A DNA stretch of 64,000 nucleotides from Alphaproteobacteria bacterium (lineage in GTDB: Bacteria > Pseudomonadota > Alphaproteobacteria > Rhizobiales > Rhizobiaceae): contig JAZIHP010000005.1 of NCBI GenBank assembly GCA_036678505.1, positions 10,174 through 74,173 of the forward strand. Direction: 5' to 3'. Position 1 is the first letter of the stretch, and each line of letters begins with the position of its first letter. The notes below the pieces were generated by a model. That model was not told the DNA's origin. It saw only the letters and a list, made by a program, of their open reading frames with translations, and did no database searches. The position numbers and the translations under genes are program-made. This document shows positions 50,024-62,027 of the stretch, piece by piece.

Positions 50024-50461
50024 CTACAAAAGGCCCAGTTCCGCCAGTTCCCGGCGAAGTTTGGGCGGCAGCTCCACAAGACCCGCCCCTCCCTTTCCAA
50101 GATCGGCCGGCGCATCTTCGGCCTTCAGATAACGCCACCCCTGAAACGGCCGTCTCGGCTGCCATTGCGTGCGGATGATTTCAGGCCCGAGCACGATCTT
50201 GCAGCGGCCGATGCCGTCGGTATCGGTGAACGGCCTGATCCCGGTGATGAGCTGACGGCACTGCACGCTGCCCTTGATCACCCAATACATGGACCCGCCA
50301 TCGGTGATCTCGGCGCCGCGCGCCGGCACCATGCGCGTGACATGCCAGTGCTCGGCAGGCTCGCCATTGCGGCGGCGTTCCTCAAGCCGCTGCGCGACCC
50401 ATGCTTCGAGATCCTCGACGCTTTCACAACCGACGCACAATTTGAGAATGTTCAGAGCCAT
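50024..50461 (-). CDS. DUF1489 domain protein
   Basis: MALNILKLCVGCESVEDLEAW...HVTRM.P.R..E...GGS.YWVIKG pattern of DUF1489. Confidence 0.75.
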   Translation of the reverse strand: MALNILKLCVGCESVEDLEAWVAQRLEERRRNGEPAEHWHVTRMVPARGAEITDGGSMYWVIKGSVQCRQLITGIRPFTDTDGIGRCKIVLGPEIIRTQWQPRRPFQGWRYLKAEDAPADLGKGGAGLVELPPKLRRELAELGLL

Positions 50462-50547
50462 GACGGGAAACTAACGTGTGGCGACGCGTCATTCAACGCG
50501 GCGCGACGTTTTGCACAATTTGCAGTGGCCGACAGCGCGATGAGCGC

Positions 50548-51951
<1,404 letters not shown>

Positions 51952-52092
51952 GAACCGTCACCTCACAAAAACAGCCGATACAGATCGGCGTATCATGCTT
52001 ATATAATTCTTCCTGTCACCATTTGCTGCACTTTTCGATGAGCCAGCGCCAGGTGCCGCCTGCTCCTGCCGCAAGCTCTCCTGTGGTAAAGG

Positions 52093-52875
52093 ATGACCAT
52101 GTTCGATTCCTGTCATCTGTCAGCGGCCGATTTCGCCGCACTGGCTTTCTTCCTGCTGGCCTGGGGGCTGCACACGCTGGCCTCGGACGGCTGGCTGTTC
52201 CAGCGGCCGTCGCTCACCATGGCCATGAACCGGCAGCGCGAAATATGGATGCAGCGCATGGCCGAGCGGGAAATCCGCATCGTCGACACCGCCATCCTGA
52301 GCGGATTGCAGCAGGGAACCGCCTTTTTCGCCTCAAGCTCGCTGATCGCCATCGGCGGATGTTTTGCGCTGATCGGCGCATCCGATCAGGTGATCGGCGT
52401 GCTTTCCGATCTTCATCTTCAGGGCGCGGCGACCCGGACCGCCTTCCAGCTCAAGGTGGTCGGGCTGATGATCGTGCTGGCCTTCGCCTTTTTCAAGTTC
52501 GGCTGGTCATACCGGCTGTTCAACTATTGCTCGATCCTGATCGGGGCCGTGCCTGTCGCTTACGGGGAAATGGCGCACAATCCGCAAACCCGCAACGCCG
52601 CGATGTGGGCCGCGATGCGGGCCGCGAAGATGAACCAGCTCGCCGGCAAACATTTCAATTCCGGCCTGCGCGCCATCTTCTTCTCGATAGGATATCTCGG
52701 CTGGTTCGTCGGTCCGGCAGCCTTCGTCCTGTCGAGCGCCCTGCTGACGGTGGTTCTGCTGCGGCGCCAGTTCTTTTCCAACGCGCGGGCCGCCGTGCTT
52801 GCCGAAACGGCCGATCCGGCGGATCAGTCTGCGGGGCCGGGCAGCGGCGAACCGATACGGCCGGACAGCCAGTAG
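52093..52875 (+). CDS. DUF599 membrane protein
   Basis: Multi-TM protein with the ...MNRQREIWMQRM....RIVDTAIL... pattern typical of DUF599. Confidence 0.75.
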   Translation: MTMFDSCHLSAADFAALAFFLLAWGLHTLASDGWLFQRPSLTMAMNRQREIWMQRMAEREIRIVDTAILSGLQQGTAFFASSSLIAIGGCFALIGASDQVIGVLSDLHLQGAATRTAFQLKVVGLMIVLAFAFFKFGWSYRLFNYCSILIGAVPVAYGEMAHNPQTRNAAMWAAMRAAKMNQLAGKHFNSGLRAIFFSIGYLGWFVGPAAFVLSSALLTVVLLRRQFFSNARAAVLAETADPADQSAGPGSGEPIRPDSQ

Positions 52876-53624
52876 GCGAACAGGCCGATCCATTCACGCA
52901 GGCCGACTGTCAGATTTTGCAGGGAATCCGACACATTGTCCTGCGCCAGTCCGAAACGCTCGTTGCCGGCGGTGCGATAGTCGGCTGGCCATGGCACGAC
53001 ATCGAAGCCGGCCCTGCGAAACAGGGCGACCGATCTCGGCATGTGAAAGGCCGACGTCACCAGAAGCCATGTCTCGCCAGCCTGCGGTTTCACCATTTTC
53101 TGCGTGAAAACGGCATTTTCATGCGTATCCCGGGACTGGTTTTCCAGAACAAGCCGCTCCGGCTCCACGCCCAGTGCCGTCAACAGGCGCGGGGCGGTGT
53201 CGCCATCGCCCTCGCCGTCCAGCATCAGGCTGCCGTTTCCGCCGGTCACGACCACCCGCGCCTCGCGATAGCGCCTTGCCAGCGCGGCCGCCTCCACGAA
53301 GCGGTCGCCGCTTGCGTTCAGTTCATAACCGCCGCGGACGAGATTCACCCCGCCTTCGAAGCCGCCGCCCAGCACGATGATGCCGGCAATGCGGGCCGGA
53401 GCCGGATCAGGACGAGGAAAGCGGTCTTCCAGCGGGTGCAGCATCAGCGCTCCGGTCGAGGTCCAGGCGCCGATTGCCAGAACGAGAAACGCGACCGATG
53501 AGAAGAAGATGGACAGGCGACGCCATCCGGCGATGGCGAGTATGATGCCCGCCAGCGCCGTCACGCCGATCAGGTTGATCGGCTGCATCACGAACCAGAA
53601 CAGCTTGGAGAGATAGAAGAACAT
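52824..53624 (-). CDS. YdcF/ElyC family (DUF218) protein
   Basis: Two N-terminal TM helices followed by the DUF218 core IIVLGGG...VVVTGG...SRDTHENA...LVTSAFHMPRS. Confidence 0.85.
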   Translation of the reverse strand: MFFYLSKLFWFVMQPINLIGVTALAGIILAIAGWRRLSIFFSSVAFLVLAIGAWTSTGALMLHPLEDRFPRPDPAPARIAGIIVLGGGFEGGVNLVRGGYELNASGDRFVEAAALARRYREARVVVTGGNGSLMLDGEGDGDTAPRLLTALGVEPERLVLENQSRDTHENAVFTQKMVKPQAGETWLLVTSAFHMPRSVALFRRAGFDVVPWPADYRTAGNERFGLAQDNVSDSLQNLTVGLREWIGLFAYWLSGRIGSPLPGPAD

Positions 53625-53648
53625 TTCTCAATCCCTCCCGCGCGGTTT

Positions 53649-55130
53649 CTACCACCACTTCTGCGGCTGGAAGCCGCCAGCCGCCTGTTCCACGACATGC
53701 GCGGTGCGAAACAGGGTCTCTTCGTCGAAAGGCCGTCCGATAAGCTGAAGCCCCAGCGGCAGACCCTGACCGTCGAGGCCGGCCGGCACGGATATGCCGG
53801 GAAGACCGGCCATGTTCACGGTCACCGTGAAGATGTCGTTGAGATACATCTTCACCGGGTCGTTCGCCATCGCCTTGTCGGCGATGCCGAAGGCAGCCGA
53901 TGGCGTTGCCGGCGTCAGGATCACGTCTACGCCGGCCGCGAAGGCCTCGTCGAAGTCCCTCTTGATCAGCGTGCGGACCTTCTGGGCCTGCACGTAGTAG
54001 GCGTCGTAGTAGCCGGCCGACAGCACATAGGTGCCGATCATGATCCGGCGCTTCACCTCGTCGCCGAATCCTGCGGCGCGGGTATTCTCGTACATCTCCA
54101 CGATGTCCTTGCCGGGAACGCGCAGACCGTAACGCACCCCGTCATAGCGGGCGAGGTTCGAGGAGGCTTCGGCCGGCGAGATGATGTAATAGGTCGGCAG
54201 CGCGTATTTCGTGTGCGGCAGGGAAATGTCGACGATCTCGGCGCCGGCTTCCTTCAGCCAGGCAATACCCTGCTGCCACAGCGCTTCCACCTCCTGCGGC
54301 ATGCCGTCGACGCGGTATTCCCGCGGAATGCCGACCTTCAGGCCCTTCACCGACTGACCGAGAGCCGCCTCGTAATCCGGCACCGGCAGATCGACGGAGG
54401 TCGTGTCCTTCATGTCCACGGAAGCCATGGACTTCAGAAGAATGGCGGCATCGCGCACATCGCGGGCAATCGGGCCGGCCTGATCCAGAGACGAGGCATA
54501 GGCGATGATGCCCCAGCGCGAGCAGCGGCCGTAGGTCGGCTTCATGCCCACCGTTCCGGTAAACGCGGCCGGCTGGCGGATGGAGCCGCCCGTATCGGTT
54601 GCGGTCGCACCGGCGCACAGGAACGCCGAAACCGCCGCCGCGGACCCGCCCGAAGAACCGCCCGGCACCAGATCGGCGTCCGAGCCTTTCGCCCGCCACG
54701 GGTTCTTCACCGGGCCGTAATAGGATGTCTCGTTGGAGGAGCCCATGGCGAACTCATCCATGTTGAGTTTGCCGAGCATCACCGCGCCATCGGCCCACAG
54801 ATTGGCGGTGACGGTCGATTCGTAGCGCGGCCTGAAGCCGTCGAGCACATGGCTGCACGCCTGTGTGTGGACGCCTTCGGTCGCGAACAGATCCTTTACG
54901 CCGAGCGGAATGCCTTCGAGCGCGCCGCCCTGCCCGGCAGCCAGCCGCGCATCGGATGCCTTTGCCATATCCCGCGCCTTGTCGTGGGTGACGGCGACAT
55001 AGGCGTTCAGCTTGTCGTTGGACGCATCGATCGCGCCAAGATAGGCGTCGGTCAGTTCCGTGGCGGAAAATTCCTTGCCGCGCAGCTTCTGGCGCGCCTG
55101 TGAAATCGTCAGTCTGGTAAGATCGGTCAT
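53649..55130 (-). CDS. gatA: Glu-tRNA(Gln)/Asp-tRNA(Asn) amidotransferase subunit A
   Basis: Amidase signature [11 protein letters not shown]...GGSIRQPA; 493 aa from [13 protein letters not shown]. Confidence 0.96.
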   Translation of the reverse strand: MTDLTRLTISQARQKLRGKEFSATELTDAYLGAIDASNDKLNAYVAVTHDKARDMAKASDARLAAGQGGALEGIPLGVKDLFATEGVHTQACSHVLDGFRPRYESTVTANLWADGAVMLGKLNMDEFAMGSSNETSYYGPVKNPWRAKGSDADLVPGGSSGGSAAAVSAFLCAGATATDTGGSIRQPAAFTGTVGMKPTYGRCSRWGIIAYASSLDQAGPIARDVRDAAILLKSMASVDMKDTTSVDLPVPDYEAALGQSVKGLKVGIPREYRVDGMPQEVEALWQQGIAWLKEAGAEIVDISLPHTKYALPTYYIISPAEASSNLARYDGVRYGLRVPGKDIVEMYENTRAAGFGDEVKRRIMIGTYVLSAGYYDAYYVQAQKVRTLIKRDFDEAFAAGVDVILTPATPSAAFGIADKAMANDPVKMYLNDIFTVTVNMAGLPGISVPAGLDGQGLPLGLQLIGRPFDEETLFRTAHVVEQAAGGFQPQKWW

Positions 55131-55200
55131 CGAAATTTCTTCTTCCGGAAATTTGGGCTGGTCTAAGGGCTGCGCCGGGTACGCCGGGAGGGACGGGCCG

Positions 55201-55488
55201 TTACTCGACCACTTTCGGCACGAGGAAGAAATTCTCTTCCGTAGCCGGCGCATTGGCGACCACATCGGCGGCCTTGCCGCCATCGCTCACCTCATCCGCG
55301 CGCTTGCGCATCTCCATCGGAAGCACCGACGTCATCGGCTCGACGCCGGTGACGTCCACTTCATTCAGTTGCGCGACAAAACCAAGGATGGAATTGATCT
55401 TGTCCGCCATGACGGCCGCCTCCTGCTCGCTGACCGCGATGCGTGAGAGACGTGCGACGCGTTTGACCGTATCCAGATCGACCGACAT
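55201..55488 (-). CDS. gatC: Glu-tRNA(Gln)/Asp-tRNA(Asn) amidotransferase subunit C
   Basis: The 95-aa protein [23 protein letters not shown]...L..I..FV.QL is typical GatC and lies upstream of gatA. Confidence 0.93.
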   Translation of the reverse strand: MSVDLDTVKRVARLSRIAVSEQEAAVMADKINSILGFVAQLNEVDVTGVEPMTSVLPMEMRKRADEVSDGGKAADVVANAPATEENFFLVPKVVE

Positions 55489-55570
55489 GTAGAAAGTCCG
55501 CTTCAAAGCTGTTTTGGAACCAGCCTGCGCTATAGCGGTGCAGGCTGGCGGGTGCAACATCCGGAGCTTG

Positions 55571-56275
55571 TCAGATCGTCATCTGCTTGCCGATCTCCGG
55601 CAGCGCGACCTTGACGCCGGACCCTTCCAGCCCCTCGACGAACTTGTCGGCGGTCTGGTCGAGCAGCGGAAAAGTGCCGAAATGGCAGGGCACCACCGTC
55701 TCGAAACGGAAGAAACGCCGGCAGGCAAGCGCGGCCACCGCTCCGCCCATGGTAAAGCGGTCGCCGACCGGCACGATGCCGATCTTCGGTTCGTGCAGTT
55801 CGTTGATCAGCGCCATGTCGGAGAATATGTCGGTGTCGCCCATGTGATACAACGTCGGCGCGTCGGGGAAATGCAGCACCAGCCCGCCGGGATTGCCGAG
55901 ATAGGCGTTGCCGTCCGGCGCAGACGCCGAGGACGAGTGCAGCGCCGGCACGAAGGTCGTGGTAAAGCCGCCGCAATCGACGGTGCCGCCAATATTTCCG
56001 GGATTGATTTTCCGGTTGCTGACGCCCTTGCCGACCAGATACATGCAGATCTCGAAATTCGCGACGAGCATCGCTCCGGATTGTTTCAGGATTTCAGCCG
56101 CGCCGCTGATGTGATCGTCATGGCCGTGGGTCAGAAGCACATGGGTGACGCCCTTGGCGGGCTCCTCCCAGCCACCCTGCCACACGGGATTGCCAACCAG
56201 ATAGGGGTCGATCAGGATCGTGGCGCCGCTGGTTTCGATACGAAAAGCGGAATGGCCATACCAGGTCAGTTTCAT
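55571..56275 (-). CDS. Metal-dependent hydrolase (MBL fold, UPF0173-like)
   Basis: [14 protein letters not shown]...LLTHGHDDH motif. Confidence 0.85.
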   Translation of the reverse strand: MKLTWYGHSAFRIETSGATILIDPYLVGNPVWQGGWEEPAKGVTHVLLTHGHDDHISGAAEILKQSGAMLVANFEICMYLVGKGVSNRKINPGNIGGTVDCGGFTTTFVPALHSSSASAPDGNAYLGNPGGLVLHFPDAPTLYHMGDTDIFSDMALINELHEPKIGIVPVGDRFTMGGAVAALACRRFFRFETVVPCHFGTFPLLDQTADKFVEGLEGSGVKVALPEIGKQMTI

Positions 56276-56368
56276 GGTGAGCGTCCTCGATCATATTTAT
56301 TTCGGGATTTTATCTCGGTGCGAGGATAGAAGCCTGGCCAGCCATGTCAAAGGAAAGCCGGAGGCATC

Positions 56369-56845
56369 TTGAACATCGTTGACGCGGAAGAGCTGATCCA
56401 GCGCCTTCAACCGGGCCAGACCGTGGCCGGCATCGATCTGGGCGACAAGACGATCGGCGTTGCCGTTTCGGATGCCGGCCTTTCCTTCGCCCATCCACGC
56501 CCCGTGATCATGCGCAAGAAGTTCACGCAGGATGCGGCGGCGCTTCTCGACCTGCTGAAGAAGGACAATGCCGGAGCCATCGCCATCGGCCTGCCGGTCA
56601 ACATGGATGGCAGCCATGGACCGCGCGCGCAGAAATCCCGCGCCTTCGTGCGCAACATGGCGCAGCTGACTGATCTGCCCTTCCTGTTCTGGGACGAGCG
56701 CCTGTCAACCGTGGCTGCCGAGCGCACCCTGATCGAAATGGACTTTTCGCGGGCCAAGCGCAGCGGGAAGATCGATTCGGCCGCCGCGTCCTTCATCCTG
56801 CAAGGCGTTCTCGACCGGTTGCGCCGGTTGCGCAGCGACGGCTGA
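56369..56845 (+). CDS. ruvX: Holliday junction resolvase-like RuvX (YqgF)
   Basis: [15 protein letters not shown] and DERLST motifs. TTG start with a GGAGG 4 nt upstream. Confidence 0.9.
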   Translation: MNIVDAEELIQRLQPGQTVAGIDLGDKTIGVAVSDAGLSFAHPRPVIMRKKFTQDAAALLDLLKKDNAGAIAIGLPVNMDGSHGPRAQKSRAFVRNMAQLTDLPFLFWDERLSTVAAERTLIEMDFSRAKRSGKIDSAAASFILQGVLDRLRRLRSDG

Positions 56846-57139
56846 CTCCGTTTCCAGCCCGCGCTTTTTCCTGATCCATGCAGCGATCTGGCGGCGGCGG
56901 CGAAAAGCCCAGAACGCCAGGATGAGGCCGGTGTCCATGATGCACGCCCGCGCCACGAGGCCCGGAATGATCCCAGGGTCGATGCCGAGAATGTCGCCGT
57001 AAAGCTGGAACACGAAATCGTGCAGCGGGCGGCTCAGCATCACATAGCCGAAATTGATGTCGTTGAAGGACAGGTAGTACCAGCCCCAGAACAGGATGAG
57101 GGGCGCGGCCCACAGCGCGAAAACATAGCGCATCAGCAA
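56705..57139 (-). CDS. Small membrane protein (DUF6105-like)
   Basis: [35 protein letters not shown]...[16 protein letters not shown] has two TM helices plus a basic patch. The family name is from memory. The 3' part overlaps ruvX. Confidence 0.6.
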   Translation of the reverse strand: MLMRYVFALWAAPLILFWGWYYLSFNDINFGYVMLSRPLHDFVFQLYGDILGIDPGIIPGLVARACIMDTGLILAFWAFRRRRQIAAWIRKKRGLETESAVAAQPAQPVENALQDEGRGGRIDLPAALGPRKVHFDQGALGSHG

Positions 57140-57326
57140 GCGTCCGCGATTGTGCGGGCGGCGCCGTCTTCTTTCAGATGTTCGGTCGGCACGGCTGATC
57201 CACTCCGCTCGTTAACGCTTTGCTAACCATAAGAGTGACGGCGGCGACGGCGCATCGCAACGGATTTCGTTAACTATGGTTAACGCCCGCGGAACCGCGC
57301 GGTTTTGCTTTAACAGCGCCTCGCGA

Positions 57327-58958
57327 TCAGCCGGCCGGCGGATAGAGCGTGTCGACGATCAGGCGCGCATCGTGCCGCGAGTCGAGCAGGCCGTAGGTGG
57401 TTCGCCACTGCCCCGCCAGCCGGGTTTCGACAAAGGCGTCGGCGATGCGCCCCGCCCCCAGCCGCCGCAATTCGGCGGCGGCTGCCGCCAGCGCCAGCTG
57501 CTCGGTCAGGATGCGCGCCGAACCCTCGTCGCTGGAGGCAACCTGCATGGCCGCTTTCAGAACACCCACGGTGCCGTGACCGCTCGCGCCCAGATCGCGA
57601 TCTATTCCCGCCATGACATCGTCGAACAGGCCCGGCGCGCGGCCAAGAACGCGCAGCACATCCAGCGCCATGACATTGCCCGAACCTTCCCAGATCGCGT
57701 TGACGGGAGCTTCGCGATAATAGCGGGCAAGCGGCGCTTCCTCGACATAGCCATTGCCGCCGAGGCATTCCATCGCCTCGTAGAGAAGTGCCGGCGCGAT
57801 CTTGCAGACCCAGTATTTCACCACCGGCGTCATGGCGCGGGCGAAAGCGGCCTCGCCCCGGTCGCCGGCCGCCTCATCGAACGAACGGGCCAGGCGCAAC
57901 GAGAGCGCGGTGGCGGCGGCAACGTCGAGCGCCATGTCGGCCAGCACGCGCTGCATCAGGGGCTGGTCGATCAGGCGCGTGCCGAATGCCTGGCGATGGC
58001 GGCAGTGATGCACCGCTTCCGCAAGGCCGGCGCGCATCAGCGCCGAGGAGGCGACGGCGCAATCGAGCCGCGTCAGCGTGACCATGTCCATGATGGTGCG
58101 CACGCCAGCACCCGGCTCGCCCACCATCTCGCCGATGGCGTTCTCGAACTCCACCTCGGCGGAGGCGTTGGAACGGTTGCCGAGCTTGTCCTTCAGGCGC
58201 TGGAAGCGGAAGCCGTTGCCGGTGCCGTCGCCCAGAATGCGCGGCACGAGGAAGCAGGACAGGCCTTCGGCCGCCTGGGCAAGCACCAGAAACGCATCGG
58301 ACATCGGGGCCGACATGAACCATTTATGGCCGGTGAGCCGGAAAAACCCGGTCGAGCCCGCGCGTTCGGCCCGAGTGACATTGGCGCGCAAATCGGTGCC
58401 GCCCTGCTTCTCGGTCATGCCCATGCCAAGCGTGAGGCCGGCTTTCTCCACTGGCGGCTTCTGCGTCTGATCGTATTTGCGCGTCGTCACGCGCGGCGCC
58501 CATTCGCGGAATATCTTCGGACTGCCCATCAGCGCCGCCAGCGAGGCGCTGGTCATGGTGACGGGGCACAGGTGACCGGCTTCGAGCTGGGCGGTCAGAT
58601 AGAATCGCGCGGCCCGCACCTGATGGCGGCGGCCGATTTCCGTCTCGCCATTCTCCCAGATCGAGGAGTGCAGCCCATTGGTGACCGAACGGCGCATCAG
58701 GGCGTGATAGGCCGGGTGGAACTCGACCAGATCGACCCGCCGGCCCTGCCGGTCATGGGTGCGGAGGCGCGGGGTTTCGGTGTTGGCGAGGCGCGCGAGG
58801 TCCTGCGCTTCCTGCGTCAGCACGAAGCGGCCAAGACCATCCAGATCCTTGCGGACAGGATCGGAGAACTGCTCGGCGAGCTGGATCAGCAGCGGATCGC
58901 CTCTCCAGGCGTTCGTGCCTGTGAGCGGCGGCGGCTGGTTGGTCACGTCGTCTGTCAC
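57327..58958 (-). CDS. aidB: Acyl-CoA dehydrogenase family protein, AidB-like
   Basis: NQPPPL...NAW..DP.L N-terminus typical of AidB, plus the ACAD middle and C-terminal domains. The GTG at 58958 has an AGGGA 6 nt upstream; longer ATG starts are possible. Confidence 0.85.
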   Translation of the reverse strand: MTDDVTNQPPPLTGTNAWRGDPLLIQLAEQFSDPVRKDLDGLGRFVLTQEAQDLARLANTETPRLRTHDRQGRRVDLVEFHPAYHALMRRSVTNGLHSSIWENGETEIGRRHQVRAARFYLTAQLEAGHLCPVTMTSASLAALMGSPKIFREWAPRVTTRKYDQTQKPPVEKAGLTLGMGMTEKQGGTDLRANVTRAERAGSTGFFRLTGHKWFMSAPMSDAFLVLAQAAEGLSCFLVPRILGDGTGNGFRFQRLKDKLGNRSNASAEVEFENAIGEMVGEPGAGVRTIMDMVTLTRLDCAVASSALMRAGLAEAVHHCRHRQAFGTRLIDQPLMQRVLADMALDVAAATALSLRLARSFDEAAGDRGEAAFARAMTPVVKYWVCKIAPALLYEAMECLGGNGYVEEAPLARYYREAPVNAIWEGSGNVMALDVLRVLGRAPGLFDDVMAGIDRDLGASGHGTVGVLKAAMQVASSDEGSARILTEQLALAAAAAELRRLGAGRIADAFVETRLAGQWRTTYGLLDSRHDARLIVDTLYPPAG

Positions 58959-59144
58959 GCAATGTCCCTGTATGTCGTGGCGGCCTCCGGTCCGGAGCCT
59001 GTGACGGATTGTCGAATCCGCTTCATCGGGGGCTTTATATCCCATGGCCGCGGATGCGGGCCATGAAAATAGGGGAAGATGCCCCTCCAATCCCAAGCGG
59101 GTCCTTGCAGGTCACCGCTGCTGGCCGTATAGCACGCCCCTGAG

Positions 59145-60125
59145 ATGACCCAAACAGACGCGCCCCTGCCGCTCTTCCCCCACCGCCACCTGCTTGGCAT
59201 AAGGGACCTTTCCCCACCCGATATAGAGATATTGCTGGACCGCGCGGATCGCGACGTCTCGATTTCCCGGCAATCGGAGAAAAAGACGTCCACCCTGCGC
59301 GGGCGCACGCAGATCAACCTCTTCTTCGAATCCTCGACCCGTACGCAGTCTTCCTTCGAGCTGGCCGGCAAGCGCCTCGGCGCCGATGTCATGAACATGT
59401 CCGTCGCCAGCTCTTCGGTGAAGAAGGGCGAAACGCTGATCGACACCGCGATGACGCTGAACGCCATGCGGCCCGACATTCTCATCATCCGTCACCAGTC
59501 GGCCGGCGCCGCCGCCCTGCTGGCGCAAAAGGTGGGCTGCTCGGTGGTGAATGCGGGCGACGGCACGCATGAGCATCCCACACAGGCGCTGCTCGACGCG
59601 CTCACCATCCGCCGCGCCAAGGGGCGCATTGGCGGGCTGACGGTTGCGATCTGCGGCGACATCCTTCATTCGCGCGTCGCCCGCTCCAACATCCTCCTGC
59701 TCAATGCGCTCGGCGCGCAGGTGCGCGTGGTCGCGCCATCGACCCTGATGCCGAGCGGCATCGAACAGATGAGCGTCAACGTCTTCCGCAATATGGAAGA
59801 GGGGCTGAAAGACGCGGATGTGGTCATGATGCTGCGCCTGCAACGCGAGCGCATGGCCGGCAGCTTCGTGCCTTCGGTGCGCGAATATTTCCGCTATTTC
59901 GGTCTCGATGCCGAAAAGCTGAAAGCGGCCAAGGAAGACGCGCTGGTCATGCATCCGGGGCCGATGAACCGGGGCGTGGAGATCGCGTCCGAAATCGCCG
60001 ACGGGCCGCAAAGCGTGATCCAGGAACAGGTGGAGATGGGCGTCGCGGTGCGCATGGCGGTCATGGAGGCGCTGCTCGATCCGCGCCGCAATCCGGGCCA
60101 CAATCCCGAGGAGCCGGGCGCATGA
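59145..60125 (+). CDS. pyrB: Aspartate carbamoyltransferase catalytic subunit
   Basis: [21 protein letters not shown] and HPGPMNRG motifs. Confidence 0.96.
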   Translation: MTQTDAPLPLFPHRHLLGIRDLSPPDIEILLDRADRDVSISRQSEKKTSTLRGRTQINLFFESSTRTQSSFELAGKRLGADVMNMSVASSSVKKGETLIDTAMTLNAMRPDILIIRHQSAGAAALLAQKVGCSVVNAGDGTHEHPTQALLDALTIRRAKGRIGGLTVAICGDILHSRVARSNILLLNALGAQVRVVAPSTLMPSGIEQMSVNVFRNMEEGLKDADVVMMLRLQRERMAGSFVPSVREYFRYFGLDAEKLKAAKEDALVMHPGPMNRGVEIASEIADGPQSVIQEQVEMGVAVRMAVMEALLDPRRNPGHNPEEPGA

Positions 60126-61408
60126 GCACCACCATCTTCAGCCATGCCCGCATCGTCGACCCTTCGCGGGGTTTGGACGAAACCGGCAGCGTCGTCGTGC
60201 AGGACGGAAAGATCGCCGCCGCAGGCAGGGAAGCGCTCAATCAGGGTGCGCCGGAAGGCGCCACCGTCATCGATTGCAGTGGCAGGACCATCATCCCCGG
60301 ACTGGTCGACAGCCGCGTCTTCATCGGCGAACCGGGCGGCGAGCATCGCGAAACCATCGCCTCCGCCAGCCAGGCCGCCGCCGCCGGCGGCGTGACCTCG
60401 GTGGTCATGATGCCGGACACCGATCCGGTGATCGACAATGTCGCGCTGGTCGAGTTCGTGCTGCGCACCGCGCGCGACACGGCCTGCGTCAATATTTTTC
60501 CCGCCGCCGCCATCACCAAGGGCCTTGAGGGCCGCGAGATGACCGAGTTCGGCCTTTTGCGCGAGGCGGGCGCGGTCGCCTTCACCGACGGGCGCCACAC
60601 GCTTGCGAACGCGCTGGTGATGCGCCGTGCGCTGACCTATGCGCGCGATTTCGGCGCGACCATCGTTCACGAGACGCTGGATGCGGACCTAGCCTCCTCC
60701 GGCGTCATGAATGAAGGGCTCTATGCGAGCTGGCTCGGCCTTTCCGGCATTCCCCGCGAAGCGGAAACCATTCCGCTGGAGCGCGATCTTTCGCTCGCCC
60801 GCCTCACGCGCGGCAATTACCACGCCGCCAAGATTTCGACGGGCATGGCGGCCGACGCCATCCGCCGCGCCAGGGGCGACGGCGCCAATGTCAGCGCCGG
60901 CGTGGCGATCTACAATCTGGCGCTGAACGAGCACGATGTCGGCGAATACCGCACCTTCTTCCGTCTGACGCCGCCGCTGCGCGCCGAGGAAGACCGCATC
61001 GCGATGATCGAGGCGCTGAAGGACGGCACGATCGACCTGATCGTCTCCTCGCACGATCCGCAGGACGTCGACACCAAGCGCCTGCCGTTCTCGGATGCCG
61101 CCGCCGGCGCGATCGGGCTGGAAACGCTGCTGGCGGTTGCCCTGCGGCTCCATCACAATGGCGAAGTGCCGCTCAGCAGGATCGTCGAGGCGCTGACGAG
61201 CGCCCCTGCCCGCCTCTTCGGCCTGCCCGGCGGCACCCTGAAGCCCGGCGCGCCTGCCGATCTGGCCGTCGTGGATCTCGATGCGCCATGGGTGGTCAGC
61301 GAGGCCGGCATTCGTTCCCGTTCCAAGAACACCTGCTTCGAGGGCGCGCGGCTGCAAGGCAGGGTCTTGCAAACCATGGTTGCCGGCCGCACAGTGTTCA
61401 GCGTCTAG
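60122..61408 (+). CDS. pyrC: Dihydroorotase-like protein, probable non-catalytic PyrC' (ATCase partner)
   Basis: Class I DHOase fold collinear throughout, but the metal motifs are replaced: D-x-H-V-H-x-R-E-P-G is [10 protein letters not shown], and TDHAPH is SSHDPQ. The start overlaps the pyrB stop (ATGA). Confidence 0.8.
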   Translation: MSTTIFSHARIVDPSRGLDETGSVVVQDGKIAAAGREALNQGAPEGATVIDCSGRTIIPGLVDSRVFIGEPGGEHRETIASASQAAAAGGVTSVVMMPDTDPVIDNVALVEFVLRTARDTACVNIFPAAAITKGLEGREMTEFGLLREAGAVAFTDGRHTLANALVMRRALTYARDFGATIVHETLDADLASSGVMNEGLYASWLGLSGIPREAETIPLERDLSLARLTRGNYHAAKISTGMAADAIRRARGDGANVSAGVAIYNLALNEHDVGEYRTFFRLTPPLRAEEDRIAMIEALKDGTIDLIVSSHDPQDVDTKRLPFSDAAAGAIGLETLLAVALRLHHNGEVPLSRIVEALTSAPARLFGLPGGTLKPGAPADLAVVDLDAPWVVSEAGIRSRSKNTCFEGARLQGRVLQTMVAGRTVFSV

Positions 61409-61439
61409 GGCAAAGCCAACCGGTCAGCCAGGGGGAAGC

Positions 61440-62027
61440 ATGACCTTCATCACCATCGCGGCGCTGATCTTCGGCTATCTGCTGGGATCGATCCCCTTCG
61501 GCCTGCTGCTGACGCGCGCCGCCGGGCTCGGCGATGTGCGCTCCATCGGCTCCGGCAACATAGGCGCGACCAATGTGCTGCGCACCGGCAACAAGACGCT
61601 GGCCGCCGCAACGCTGCTGCTGGACGCGCTGAAAGGCACCGCAGCCGTTCTGCTGGCTACATGGCATGCTCCCGACCTTGGCCCCTGGGCCGGCTTCGGC
61701 GCGTTTGCGGGCCACCTTTTCCCTGCCTGGCTGGGCTTCAGGGGCGGCAAGGGCGTTGCGACCTATCTCGGCGTGCTGATCGGGCTGGCATGGCAGGCAG
61801 CGCTGATCTTTGCCGCCGTCTGGCTGCTGGTCGCCATCATGTTCCGGTATTCCTCGCTGGCCGCGCTCTGTGCAGCGATTGCCGTGCCGGCATCCCTGTG
61901 GTTCCTCGCCACACCGCAGCTTGCCGGATTATTTGGGCTGATGAGCGTGATACTTTTCATCAAGCACCGCGCCAATATCCAGCGCCTCGCAGCCGGGATC
62001 GAGGGCCGGATCGGGGCCAGGGGGTGA
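61440..62027 (+). CDS. plsY: Glycerol-3-phosphate acyltransferase PlsY
   Basis: [12 protein letters not shown]...[14 protein letters not shown]...KGG(K)GVAT motifs. The track ORF was trimmed to the ATG at 61440. Confidence 0.94.
   Translation: MTFITIAALIFGYLLGSIPFGLLLTRAAGLGDVRSIGSGNIGATNVLRTGNKTLAAATLLLDALKGTAAVLLATWHAPDLGPWAGFGAFAGHLFPAWLGFRGGKGVATYLGVLIGLAWQAALIFAAVWLLVAIMFRYSSLAALCAAIAVPASLWFLATPQLAGLFGLMSVILFIKHRANIQRLAAGIEGRIGARG

Noticed and set aside
57212-57284. Calling the TTAAC-containing sites bona fide CtrA boxes (TTAA-N7-TTAAC).
   Set aside because: One site has N6 spacing (TTAA-CTATGG-TTAAC). The other has the right N7 spacing but a mismatched second half-site (CTAAC). This is too weak to assert CtrA control from sequence alone, so it is kept only as an inverted-repeat observation.
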